Assembly: GCF_013377015.1 (NCBI RefSeq)
Contig: NZ_JACABA010000006.1
Span: 127,985 to 191,984, forward strand
Length of the DNA: 64,000 nucleotides
Reading direction: 5' to 3'
From: Rhodopseudomonas sp.
GTDB taxonomy: Bacteria > Pseudomonadota > Alphaproteobacteria > Rhizobiales > Xanthobacteraceae
Of this stretch, positions 54,313 to 62,240 are shown one piece after another (the first letter of the stretch is position 1; each line of letters begins with the position of its first letter). The position numbers and the translations under genes are program-made. A model generated the notes under the pieces. The model worked only from the letters and a program-made list of their open reading frames with translations. It did not search any database and was not told the origin of the DNA.

Positions 54313-55317
54313 ATGCGCGCGCGTCCCCGCCTGCCATCATGGCTTGTGCCGTTCCTGTGCCTGATGGCCGCGGTCGCGCTGCCGTTCTGGGTACCGACCT
54401 ACTACACCCAGTTCGCCAGCAAGGCCCTGATCATGGGCATGCTGGCGATGGCGCTGAATCTGGCGGTCGGGCAGGGCGGTCTGGTGTCGCTGTGCCATGC
54501 CGCGTTCTTTGGTGTCGCCGGCTACGTGCTGGCGTTGACCTCGCCGAAATACGACGCGGCCTCATTGCTGCTGACGCTGCCGCTGGCAGTGCTGGCCTCG
54601 GGTCTTGCGGCGCTGGCGATCGGGGCGTTGGCGCTGCGCACCCGCGGCGTCTATTTCATCATGGTGACGCTGGCGTTCGGCGAGATGCTGTACTTCTTCT
54701 TCCACGACACCGGAATCGGCGGTGGCTCTGACGGCGCCTTCATCAACCTCAAGCCGGAGATCGCAATCGCCGGGCGCCAATTGCTCGATCTCGACAAGCC
54801 AATGGCGTTCTACTTCGTGGTGTTGGCCTTCACCGTCGGAGTTATCGCTCTGCTGTTGATGCTGGTGCGTTCGCCGTTCGGCCACGCGCTGGCGGCGGCC
54901 CGCGACAATGAGCGCCGCGCCCGCTCGCTCGGCTTTCCGATCTTCCGCATTCGGCTGATCGCCTTCACCATCTCGGGCGCGCTCGCCGGCCTCGCCGGCT
55001 ATTTCGCCGCGGCGCAGTTCGGTTTCGTGGCGCCGGAAATGCTGGGCTGGCACCAGTCGGCGACGGTGCTGGCGATGGTGCTGATCGGCGGGCTGCAATC
55101 GGTCACCGGCCCGCTGCTCGGAGCGCTGGTGCTGCTCGGGCTTGAGGAAGTGCTGAAGGCCAATCTGGCGCAATGGAAGCTCGCCGAGGGACTGATCGTG
55201 ATCGCGATCGTGCTGGCGCTGCCGAACGGGGTGCGGCAATTATGGCCGCTGCTGTTCGGCCAGCCGCGACAGAAGCCATCGTCCGGCAAGGTCGCGCCGG
55301 AGACCGGCCGTGGCTGA
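54313..55317 (+). CDS. branched-chain-type ABC permease (LivM-like)
   Basis: 334 aa, multi-TM. NLAVGQGGLVSLCHAAFFGVAGY motif. Confidence 0.9.
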   Translation: MRARPRLPSWLVPFLCLMAAVALPFWVPTYYTQFASKALIMGMLAMALNLAVGQGGLVSLCHAAFFGVAGYVLALTSPKYDAASLLLTLPLAVLASGLAALAIGALALRTRGVYFIMVTLAFGEMLYFFFHDTGIGGGSDGAFINLKPEIAIAGRQLLDLDKPMAFYFVVLAFTVGVIALLLMLVRSPFGHALAAARDNERRARSLGFPIFRIRLIAFTISGALAGLAGYFAAAQFGFVAPEMLGWHQSATVLAMVLIGGLQSVTGPLLGALVLLGLEEVLKANLAQWKLAEGLIVIAIVLALPNGVRQLWPLLFGQPRQKPSSGKVAPETGRG

Positions 55318-56068
55318 GATCGCCTTGCACGCTCGGCGTCTGCGCAAACAATTCGGCGGCGTCCGCGCGGTGTCGGATGTGTCGATCGATGTCCACGCCA
55401 ACGAAGTGCATGCGGTGATCGGCCCCAACGGCGCCGGCAAATCGACCCTGATCAATCTGCTGTCCGGCGAATTGTTCGTCAATGCCGGGAGCATCATGCT
55501 CGGCGAAGTCGACATCACCGGGCTGGCGCCGGACCAGCGCGCCCGCGCCGGACTCGGCCGCGCCTATCAGAAGACCACGATCTTTCCGCGCTTTTCTGTG
55601 CACGAAAATGTTCGCCTCGCCGCGCAGGCGCGCTCGCATGCGCCGCTGCGGATGTTCGGCGGTATTGCCACCAACGATGAGGTGAACCGACGCACCGACG
55701 CCGCCATCGCCAAGGCGGGGCTGGCCGGGCGCGAGTCGATCGTAGCCAATCTGCTCAGCCATGGCGAGCAGCGCCAGCTTGAAATCGCGATGGTGCTGGC
55801 CACCGATCCCAAGATCATCCTGCTCGACGAGCCGCTGGCCGGGATGGGCCAGGCCGAAGCCCGCGCCATCATCGCGCTGATCGCGTCACTGAAGCAGGGC
55901 CGCGCGGTGCTGATCGTCGAGCACGACATGGACGCGGTGTTCGAACTCGCCGATCGCCTCACCGTGATGCACGACGGCCACGTCATCGCCACCGGCGTTC
56001 CGGCCGAGGTGCGGCTGCATCCGGCGGTGCGCGAGGCCTATCTGGGCAATCACGGAGACGCCGCATGA
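55310..56068 (+). CDS. ABC ATP-binding protein (LivG-like)
   Basis: GTG start overlapping the permease stop. Walker A GPNGAGKST, signature SHGEQRQLEIAMVL, Walker B ILLDEPLAGM. Confidence 0.9.
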   Translation: MAEIALHARRLRKQFGGVRAVSDVSIDVHANEVHAVIGPNGAGKSTLINLLSGELFVNAGSIMLGEVDITGLAPDQRARAGLGRAYQKTTIFPRFSVHENVRLAAQARSHAPLRMFGGIATNDEVNRRTDAAIAKAGLAGRESIVANLLSHGEQRQLEIAMVLATDPKIILLDEPLAGMGQAEARAIIALIASLKQGRAVLIVEHDMDAVFELADRLTVMHDGHVIATGVPAEVRLHPAVREAYLGNHGDAA

Positions 56069-56775
56069 GCGCGCTGCTGCAGGCAACGCAGCTCGACGCG
56101 TTCTATGGCGCGAGCCAGATCCTGCATGGCGTCGACCTCGCGGTTGCGCGCGGCGAACAGGTGGCGTTGATCGGCCGCAACGGCATGGGCAAGACCACGC
56201 TGCTGCGGTCGCTGATGGGTCTGGTGCCGGATTGCCGCGGCCAGCGCCGCTTGCACGGCGGCGACATCGCCCGCGCAGCGCCGGAAGCGATCGCGCGGCT
56301 CGGCGTCGCGCTGGTGCCGGAAGGCCGCGGCATTTTCGGCGCGCTGACCGTGGTGGAAAATCTCACCATGGCGGCACGGCCGGGGGCGGACGGCCGCCGG
56401 ACCTGGACGCTGGCGCGGATCTTCGAACTGTTTCCGCGGCTGCATGAGCGCCGCCACAATGGCGGCCATCAGCTGTCCGGTGGCGAGCAGCAGATGCTGA
56501 CCATCGGCCGCGCGCTGATGACCCATCCGGATCTGTTGCTGATCGACGAAGCCACCGAAGGCCTGGCGCCGAAGATGGCGCAGGAAATCTGGCGCACGCT
56601 CGGCGTCATCAAGGGCGAAGGCATCGCCACCATCGTGGTCGACAAGGATTTTCGCAGCCTGTCGGCGATCGCCGACCGCATGGTGATGCTGGCCAAGGGC
56701 GTCGTGGTGTTCGATGGCGTGCCGTCAGACTTCGCGGCGCAACCGGAGCTGCTGGAGCGGCATTTGGGGGTGTAG
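56065..56775 (+). CDS. ABC ATP-binding protein (LivF-like)
   Basis: ATGA overlap. Walker A GRNGMGKTT, signature LSGGEQQMLTIGRAL, Walker B LLIDEATEGL. Confidence 0.9.
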   Translation: MSALLQATQLDAFYGASQILHGVDLAVARGEQVALIGRNGMGKTTLLRSLMGLVPDCRGQRRLHGGDIARAAPEAIARLGVALVPEGRGIFGALTVVENLTMAARPGADGRRTWTLARIFELFPRLHERRHNGGHQLSGGEQQMLTIGRALMTHPDLLLIDEATEGLAPKMAQEIWRTLGVIKGEGIATIVVDKDFRSLSAIADRMVMLAKGVVVFDGVPSDFAAQPELLERHLGV

Positions 56776-57693
56776 TTAAACCACTGCGCTCTTCAGGCCG
56801 AAGGCGCAGGCGTCGCGGCACAGCACCGGGGCCACCATCGCGACCAATCTGGCCGCGGCGGCATCGACCGACAGACCCGCGGTGTCGAGCACCGCGGACG
56901 CGCGCGCGTAGAGCGGCTCCCGACTTTGCAGGATGGTGCGCAGTTCCTGCATCGCGGCGCGGTCGTCCGCCATCGGCCGCAGATCGCCCTGGCCGCGCAC
57001 CCGCGCCATGTGTTCCTCGGGGTCGGCCTTCACCCAGATGGTGTAGAACGAAGACAGGATCTGATCGAAGGTCAGCGGCTCGGAGACGATGCCGCCGCCG
57101 GTCGCCAGCACCATCAATTGCTTGCGCGCCAGCAATTGCGTCAGCGCGGCCTGCTCCATCCGCCGGAAGCCCTCCTGGCCGTACAGCGCGATGATCTCGG
57201 CGACCGACAGCCCGTTCTGCTGCTCGATCTCCTTGTTCAGTTCGACGAAGCTCCAGCCGATCTTGTCGGCGAGCAGGCGGCCGAGCGTGGATTTGCCGGC
57301 GCCGCGCAGTCCGATCAGCGCGATGCCGTTGAACGCGACCTCGCGCCGCGCGCCAGCGCCGAGCCGGCCCTGTCCCGACAGCACGTCCTTGGCATGCGCG
57401 ATCTGCACCGGGGTGGCGCGGCGCACCAGGTCGCGAATCACCGGCCAATCAATGGCCGGATCGCTCGCCGGGATTAGATCCTCCAGCTGCGCGGCCATTG
57501 CGTTCGAGACCCGGCGCAGCAGCACGATCGAGACGTTGCCCTTGCCGCTTTCCAGCTGCGCGATGTAGCGCTCGGAAATTCCCGAGACTTTCGCCAGCAC
57601 CTTGCGTGACATCCCGCGCAGCGCCCGCATGGTGCGGACGCGCTGGCCGAGTTGCAGCAGAAAGCTGGTTTCGGGATCGATCGGCTCGGTCAT
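56776..57693 (-). CDS. boxR: BoxR/BzdR-type transcriptional regulator (XRE HTH fused to a shikimate-kinase-like domain)
   Basis: 305 aa. HTH region LGQRVRTMRALRGMSRKVLAKVSGISERYIAQLESGKGN. Kinase-like domain with P-loop GLRGAGKST and ATGGG. Divergent from the benzoate-CoA ligase. Confidence 0.8.
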   Translation of the reverse strand: MTEPIDPETSFLLQLGQRVRTMRALRGMSRKVLAKVSGISERYIAQLESGKGNVSIVLLRRVSNAMAAQLEDLIPASDPAIDWPVIRDLVRRATPVQIAHAKDVLSGQGRLGAGARREVAFNGIALIGLRGAGKSTLGRLLADKIGWSFVELNKEIEQQNGLSVAEIIALYGQEGFRRMEQAALTQLLARKQLMVLATGGGIVSEPLTFDQILSSFYTIWVKADPEEHMARVRGQGDLRPMADDRAAMQELRTILQSREPLYARASAVLDTAGLSVDAAAARLVAMVAPVLCRDACAFGLKSAVV

Positions 57694-57854
57694 GTCCCGG
57701 GTCGCCTGTTGCGGTCGCCTGTTCGGCCGACACTGGCCGCTCTGGAAACATAATGCCGGGACGGATTGACAGCAAGCGAGGCTGGTGGCTTCCTATGCAC
57801 TATAATTCAAAATACGTCGGGAGGAGTGACCGTGGCAATCAAGAAGTCCGCGCG

Positions 57855-59411
57855 ATGCACGGCATGAGTGGGTCCGGCTCCTACAACGCGGTGAGCTGGC
57901 TGCTCGACCGCAACGTCGCCGAGGGCCGCGGGTCCAAGCTGGCCTTCACCGATCCTGTTGCCGAATTGAGCTTTGGCGCGCTGCAGACGCAGAGCCGGCG
58001 GCTCGCCAATCTGCTGTGCCGGCTCGGCGTCCGCCGCGAGGAGCGGGTGGCGATGATCATGCTCGACACCGTCGAGTTTCCGGTGGTGTTTCTCGGCGCG
58101 ATCCGCGCCGGCATCGTGCCGGTGCCGCTGAACACGCTGCTGACCTCGGAGCAATACGCCTATGTGCTGGCCGATTGCCGGGCGGGGGTGCTTTTCGTCT
58201 CCGCGGCGCTGCTGCCGGTGGTGCAGGACGTGGTCGGCCGATTGCCCGATCTCGAACACGTCGTGGTGGTGGGCGGCGACGGCCACGGCCACAAGACATT
58301 CGCCGACGAGATCGCGCGCGAGAGCGAGGCGTTCGAGACCGTCGCGACCCATGCCGAGGAGCCGGCGTTCTGGCTGTATTCCTCGGGTTCGACCGGGATG
58401 CCGAAGGGCGTGCGGCATCTGCACGGCAGCCTTGCGGCGACCGCCGACACCTACGCCAAGCAGGTGCTGGGAATTCGCGAGAACGACGTCTGTCTCTCGG
58501 CGGCCAAGTTGTTCTTCGCCTACGGGCTCGGCAACGCGCTGACTTTCCCGATGTCGGTCGGCGCCACCACCGTGCTGAATCCGGAGCGGCCGACGCCGGC
58601 GGTAATGTTCAGGTTGTTGCAGCAATACAATCCGACGATCTTCTACGGCGTGCCGACGCTGTTCTCCGCGATGCTGAACGATCCGGCGTGCAAGGACGCC
58701 ACGGCTGGCACGCGGCTGCGGATCTGCACCTCCGCCGGCGAGGCGCTGCCGGAATCGGTCGGGCTGGCCTGGAAGGCGCGGTTCGGCGTCGACATTCTCG
58801 ACGGCGTCGGCTCCACCGAACTGCTGCACATCTTCCTGTCGAACGCGCCCGGCGACATCAAATATGGCAGCTCCGGCCGCCCGGTGCCGGGCTATCAGGT
58901 GCGGCTGGTCAACGAGGCCGGCGCCGAGGTTGCCGAGGGCGAGGTCGGCGAATTGCTGGTCGATGCGCCGTCGGCCGGGGAGGGCTACTGGAACCAGCGC
59001 AGCAAGAGCCGCCGGACCTTCGAGGGCCACTGGACCCGCACCGGCGACAAATATGTTCGCGACGCCGAGGGCCGCTACACCTTCTGCGGCCGCGCCGACG
59101 ACATGTTCAAGGTCTCCGGCATCTGGGTGTCGCCGTTCGAGGTCGAGAGCGCGCTGATCACCCATCCGGCGGTGCTGGAAGCCGCGGTGGTGCCCGACGC
59201 CGACGCCGAAGGGCTGCTGAAGCCGCGCGCCTTCGTGGTGTTGCGCGAAGGCACGGATACCGAGGGCCTGTTCGAGGCGCTGAAGGAGCACGTCAAGCAC
59301 AAGGTCGGCGCCTGGAAATATCCGCGCTGGATCGAGGTGGTCGATCAATTGCCGAAAACTGCGACCGGAAAAATCCAGCGCTTCAAGCTGCGCGAGGGCG
59401 CCCACAACTAA
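57855..59411 (+). CDS. benzoate-CoA ligase (AMP-forming acyl-CoA synthetase)
   Basis: ORF 57498..59411. The start is ambiguous (in-frame ATGs at 57855, 57864 and 57795). AMP-binding motif LYSSGSTGMPKG, plus YGLGN, GELLV, TGDKY and KIQRFKLR. Resembles BadA/BclA in the FLGAIRAGIVPVPLNTLLT block. Confidence 0.85.
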   Translation: MHGMSGSGSYNAVSWLLDRNVAEGRGSKLAFTDPVAELSFGALQTQSRRLANLLCRLGVRREERVAMIMLDTVEFPVVFLGAIRAGIVPVPLNTLLTSEQYAYVLADCRAGVLFVSAALLPVVQDVVGRLPDLEHVVVVGGDGHGHKTFADEIARESEAFETVATHAEEPAFWLYSSGSTGMPKGVRHLHGSLAATADTYAKQVLGIRENDVCLSAAKLFFAYGLGNALTFPMSVGATTVLNPERPTPAVMFRLLQQYNPTIFYGVPTLFSAMLNDPACKDATAGTRLRICTSAGEALPESVGLAWKARFGVDILDGVGSTELLHIFLSNAPGDIKYGSSGRPVPGYQVRLVNEAGAEVAEGEVGELLVDAPSAGEGYWNQRSKSRRTFEGHWTRTGDKYVRDAEGRYTFCGRADDMFKVSGIWVSPFEVESALITHPAVLEAAVVPDADAEGLLKPRAFVVLREGTDTEGLFEALKEHVKHKVGAWKYPRWIEVVDQLPKTATGKIQRFKLREGAHN

Positions 59412-59412
59412 T

Positions 59413-59443
59413 CGTCATGGCCGGGTGAAGCCCTGGCATGACG
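59413..59443. repeat. short hairpin repeat (CGTCATGGCCGGG family)
   Basis: CGTCATGGCCGGGTGAAGCCCTGGCATGACG, immediately after the ligase stop codon. Confidence 0.65.
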
Positions 59444-59480
59444 AATGAGAGTTTGTCCGCGATCTTTGAAGTGAGTGATC

Positions 59481-60314
59481 ATGATGACCCTCGCTCCCGC
59501 CGGCTTTCTGTCCATCGGCGACTCCGAGCTCGAATACCGCATGATCGGTCCCACGCCCGACGCCGCGCCGACCTTGGTGTTGCTGCATGAGGGGCTGGGT
59601 TCGGCGAAACTGTGGGGCGATTTTCCCGATCGACTCGCCGCCGCCACCGGCTGCGGCGTGTTCGCCTATTCGCGCGCCGGTTATGGCGCCTCAACCCCGG
59701 TGTCGCTGCCGCGGCCGCTCGACTACATGCATGTCGAGGCGCTCGAGGTGCTGCCGCGCGTGCTCGAGGCGATCGGCTTTCGCCGCGGACTGCTGGTTGG
59801 CCATTCCGACGGCGCCTCGATCGCGGCGATCTATGCCGGCGGAGTTCAGGATCATCGAATTTTCGGGGTGGCGATGATGGCGCCGCATTTCGTCGTTGAG
59901 GACATGGGGCTGGCGGCGATCGCCCGGACCACGGCCGACTACGCGGCCAACCTGCGGGCCAAGCTGGCGCGCTGGCACCGGGACGTCGACAATACATTCC
60001 TCGGCTGGAGCAACGCCTGGCTCGATCCGGCCTTCCGTGCCTGGGATATTTCCGACCGTCTGGCCTACATCCGGGTGCCGATCGCAATCCTGCAGGGTGC
60101 CGACGATCAGTACGGCACGTTGCGCCAGATCGAGATCGCGCAGGACGAATGCTATTGCCCGGTCGAGGTCACCATCATCCCCGGCATCGGCCATTCGCCG
60201 CATCGCGAGGCCGCCGAGGTGACGCTGGGCACCATCGCGGAGTTCGCCAAGCGCATCCTGACGGAGGAGGCCGCAACGGCGGGAAATTCCGTGGCTCCTC
60301 TCACGGGTTCATGA
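59481..60314 (+). CDS. alpha/beta-fold hydrolase
   Basis: The ORF track starts at GTG 59475; ATGs at 59481 and 59484. LLHEGLGS oxyanion region, nucleophile elbow GHSDGA, C-terminal GHSPH. Confidence 0.85.
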   Translation: MMTLAPAGFLSIGDSELEYRMIGPTPDAAPTLVLLHEGLGSAKLWGDFPDRLAAATGCGVFAYSRAGYGASTPVSLPRPLDYMHVEALEVLPRVLEAIGFRRGLLVGHSDGASIAAIYAGGVQDHRIFGVAMMAPHFVVEDMGLAAIARTTADYAANLRAKLARWHRDVDNTFLGWSNAWLDPAFRAWDISDRLAYIRVPIAILQGADDQYGTLRQIEIAQDECYCPVEVTIIPGIGHSPHREAAEVTLGTIAEFAKRILTEEAATAGNSVAPLTGS

Positions 60315-60320
60315 AGCAAA

Positions 60321-60368
60321 ATGCATGATTGGCCGCGAATTGCGCTGGACCTGCGCCGAAACATGCAT
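60321..60368. promoter_or_regulatory. pair of ATGCAT (TGCA-core) palindromes 42 bp apart upstream of boxC; candidate BoxR operator/internal promoter
   Basis: ATGCAT at 60321-60326 and 60363-60368, followed by AT-rich TATTATTCATAT. Lies in the 91-nt hydrolase-boxC spacer. Confidence 0.3.
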
Positions 60369-60405
60369 TATTATTCATATCAAGCAACAAACTGAGGGAT
60401 GGCAG

Positions 60406-62103
60406 ATGGCCGGTGAGGACCGCGTTCTCGCGAACGGCGCCAAATGGATCGACTTCCAAACCGATCCGTCGCGCTACCGGCACTGGCGGCTTGCGGTCGA
60501 CGGCGCGGTCGCGACGCTGACCATGGATGTCGATGAAAACGGCGGGTTGTTCGAGGGCTATCAGCTCAAGCTGAATTCCTACGACCTCGGCGTCGATATC
60601 GAGCTTGCGGATGCGGTGCAGCGGCTGCGCTTCGAGCATCCCGAGGTCAAGGTGGTGCTGCTGCGCTCCGGCAAGAACCGGGTGTTCTGCGCCGGCGCCA
60701 ATATCCGGATGCTGGCCGGCGCCACCCACGCACACAAGGTCAACTTCTGCAAATTCACCAACGAGACCCGCAACGGCTTCGAGGATTCCTCCGAGCATTC
60801 CGGTCAGCGCTTCATCACCGTGGTCAACGGCACCGCGGCTGGCGGCGGCTATGAGCTGGCGCTGGCCACCGATCACATCATCATGGCCGACGACGGCTCC
60901 GCCTCGGTGTCGCTGCCCGAAGTGCCGCTGCTGGCGGTGCTGCCCGGCACAGGCGGGCTGACGCGCGTCGTCGACAAGCGCAAGGTGCGGCGCGACCACG
61001 CCGACTTCTTCTGCACCATCGAGGAAGGCATCAAGGGCAAGCGCGCGGTGCAGTGGCGGCTGGTCGACGAGATCGTGCCGAACAGCAAGCTCGAAGCCAC
61101 GGTCGCCGAGCGCGCGCAACAATTCGCTGCCGCGTCGAAGCGCAACGGGTCGGGCAAGGGCGTCGCGCTGACGCCGCTGACGCGCAGGTTCATCGAAGGC
61201 GGCAGCATCCGCTATGGCTGCGTCAGCGTCGATATCGATCGCCCTGCCCGCATCGCGACGATTTCGATTTCGATTGCGGCGCCGGATGCCGCGCCGCCCG
61301 CCGACATCGACGGCATGATCGCGCAGGGCGCGGCGTTCTGGCCGCTGCAGGTGGCGCGCGAACTCGACGACGCCATCCTGCATCTGCGCATCAACGAACT
61401 CGAAACCGCGATGCTGGTGTTCAAGTCGCATGGCGACGCCTCGCAGGTGCTGGCCTATGACGCCTTCCTCGAAACCAACAAGGCGCATTGGCTGGTCAAC
61501 GAGATCCGGCATTACTGGAAGCGCGTGCTGAAGCGGATCGACGTCACCTCGCGCACGCTGGTGACACTGGTGGAGCCCGGCTCGTGCTTCGCCGGCACGC
61601 TGGCCGAACTGGTGTTCGCCGCCGACCGCTCCTACATGCTGATCGGCTCGCGCCAGGGCGACAACCGCGCGCCGCCGGCGATTCATCTCTCTGCGATGAA
61701 TTTCGGTCCCTATCCGATGAGCCACGGCCTGACCCGGCTGCAATCGCGATTCCAGGCCGACCCCGAGGACGTAACGCGCGCGCAGCAGAAGATCGGGACG
61801 GCGCTCGACGCCGAGGAGGCCGAGGCGCTCGGGCTCGTCACCTTCGCGCTCGACGACATCGACTGGGACGACGAGGTGAGGGTGTTCCTCGAGGAGCGCG
61901 CCTCGTTTTCGCCCGACAGCCTCACCGGCATGGAAGCCAATCTGCGCTTCGCCGGGCCGGAGACCATGGAATCGAAAATCTTCTCGCGGCTCACCGCTTG
62001 GCAGAACTGGATCTTCCAGCGCCCCAACGCGGTCGGCGAGGCCGGCGCGCTGAAGCGCTACGGCACCGGCCAGAAGGCGCAATTCGACATGACGCGGGTG
62101 TGA
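60406..62103 (+). CDS. boxC: 2,3-epoxybenzoyl-CoA dihydrolase / benzoyl-CoA-dihydrodiol lyase
   Basis: ATG at 60406 inside ORF 60325..62103. 565 aa, a double crotonase-fold protein. KLNSYDLGVDIEL, VFCAGANIRML and AAGGGYELALA motifs. Confidence 0.85.
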   Translation: MAGEDRVLANGAKWIDFQTDPSRYRHWRLAVDGAVATLTMDVDENGGLFEGYQLKLNSYDLGVDIELADAVQRLRFEHPEVKVVLLRSGKNRVFCAGANIRMLAGATHAHKVNFCKFTNETRNGFEDSSEHSGQRFITVVNGTAAGGGYELALATDHIIMADDGSASVSLPEVPLLAVLPGTGGLTRVVDKRKVRRDHADFFCTIEEGIKGKRAVQWRLVDEIVPNSKLEATVAERAQQFAAASKRNGSGKGVALTPLTRRFIEGGSIRYGCVSVDIDRPARIATISISIAAPDAAPPADIDGMIAQGAAFWPLQVARELDDAILHLRINELETAMLVFKSHGDASQVLAYDAFLETNKAHWLVNEIRHYWKRVLKRIDVTSRTLVTLVEPGSCFAGTLAELVFAADRSYMLIGSRQGDNRAPPAIHLSAMNFGPYPMSHGLTRLQSRFQADPEDVTRAQQKIGTALDAEEAEALGLVTFALDDIDWDDEVRVFLEERASFSPDSLTGMEANLRFAGPETMESKIFSRLTAWQNWIFQRPNAVGEAGALKRYGTGQKAQFDMTRV

Positions 62104-62137
62104 GCCGCGGACGTTCTTACTAACAGTCGCACGAATT

Positions 62138-62222
62138 CGTCATTGCGAGGAGCGAAGCGACGAAGCAATCCAGGAATGCAATGCTCGGAGCCCTGGATTG
62201 CTTCGCTTCGCTCGCAATGACG
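62138..62222. repeat. 85-bp imperfect inverted-repeat element between boxC and boxB
   Basis: Left arm CGTCATTGCGAGGAGCGAAGCGACGAAGCAATCCAGG (62138-62174). Right arm CCTGGATTGCTTCGCTTCGCTCGCAATGACG (62192-62222). Ends 18 nt before the boxB ATG. Confidence 0.8.
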
Positions 62223-62240
62223 ACCAACCGGGAGCACGCC

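Noticed and set aside
57766-57806. TTGACA (57766-57771) plus TATAAT (57801-57806) as a canonical sigma-70 promoter for the ligase operon.
   Set aside because: The hexamers are 29 bp apart, far from the 16-18 bp optimum. Only the -10 element is treated as a candidate.
57498-57854. Upstream 119 codons of the benzoate-CoA ligase ORF.
   Set aside because: This part overlaps the boxR start and the AT-rich promoter region, and it has no similarity to acyl-CoA ligase N-termini. Ligase-like sequence begins near the ATGs at 57855 and 57864. The exact start remains uncertain.
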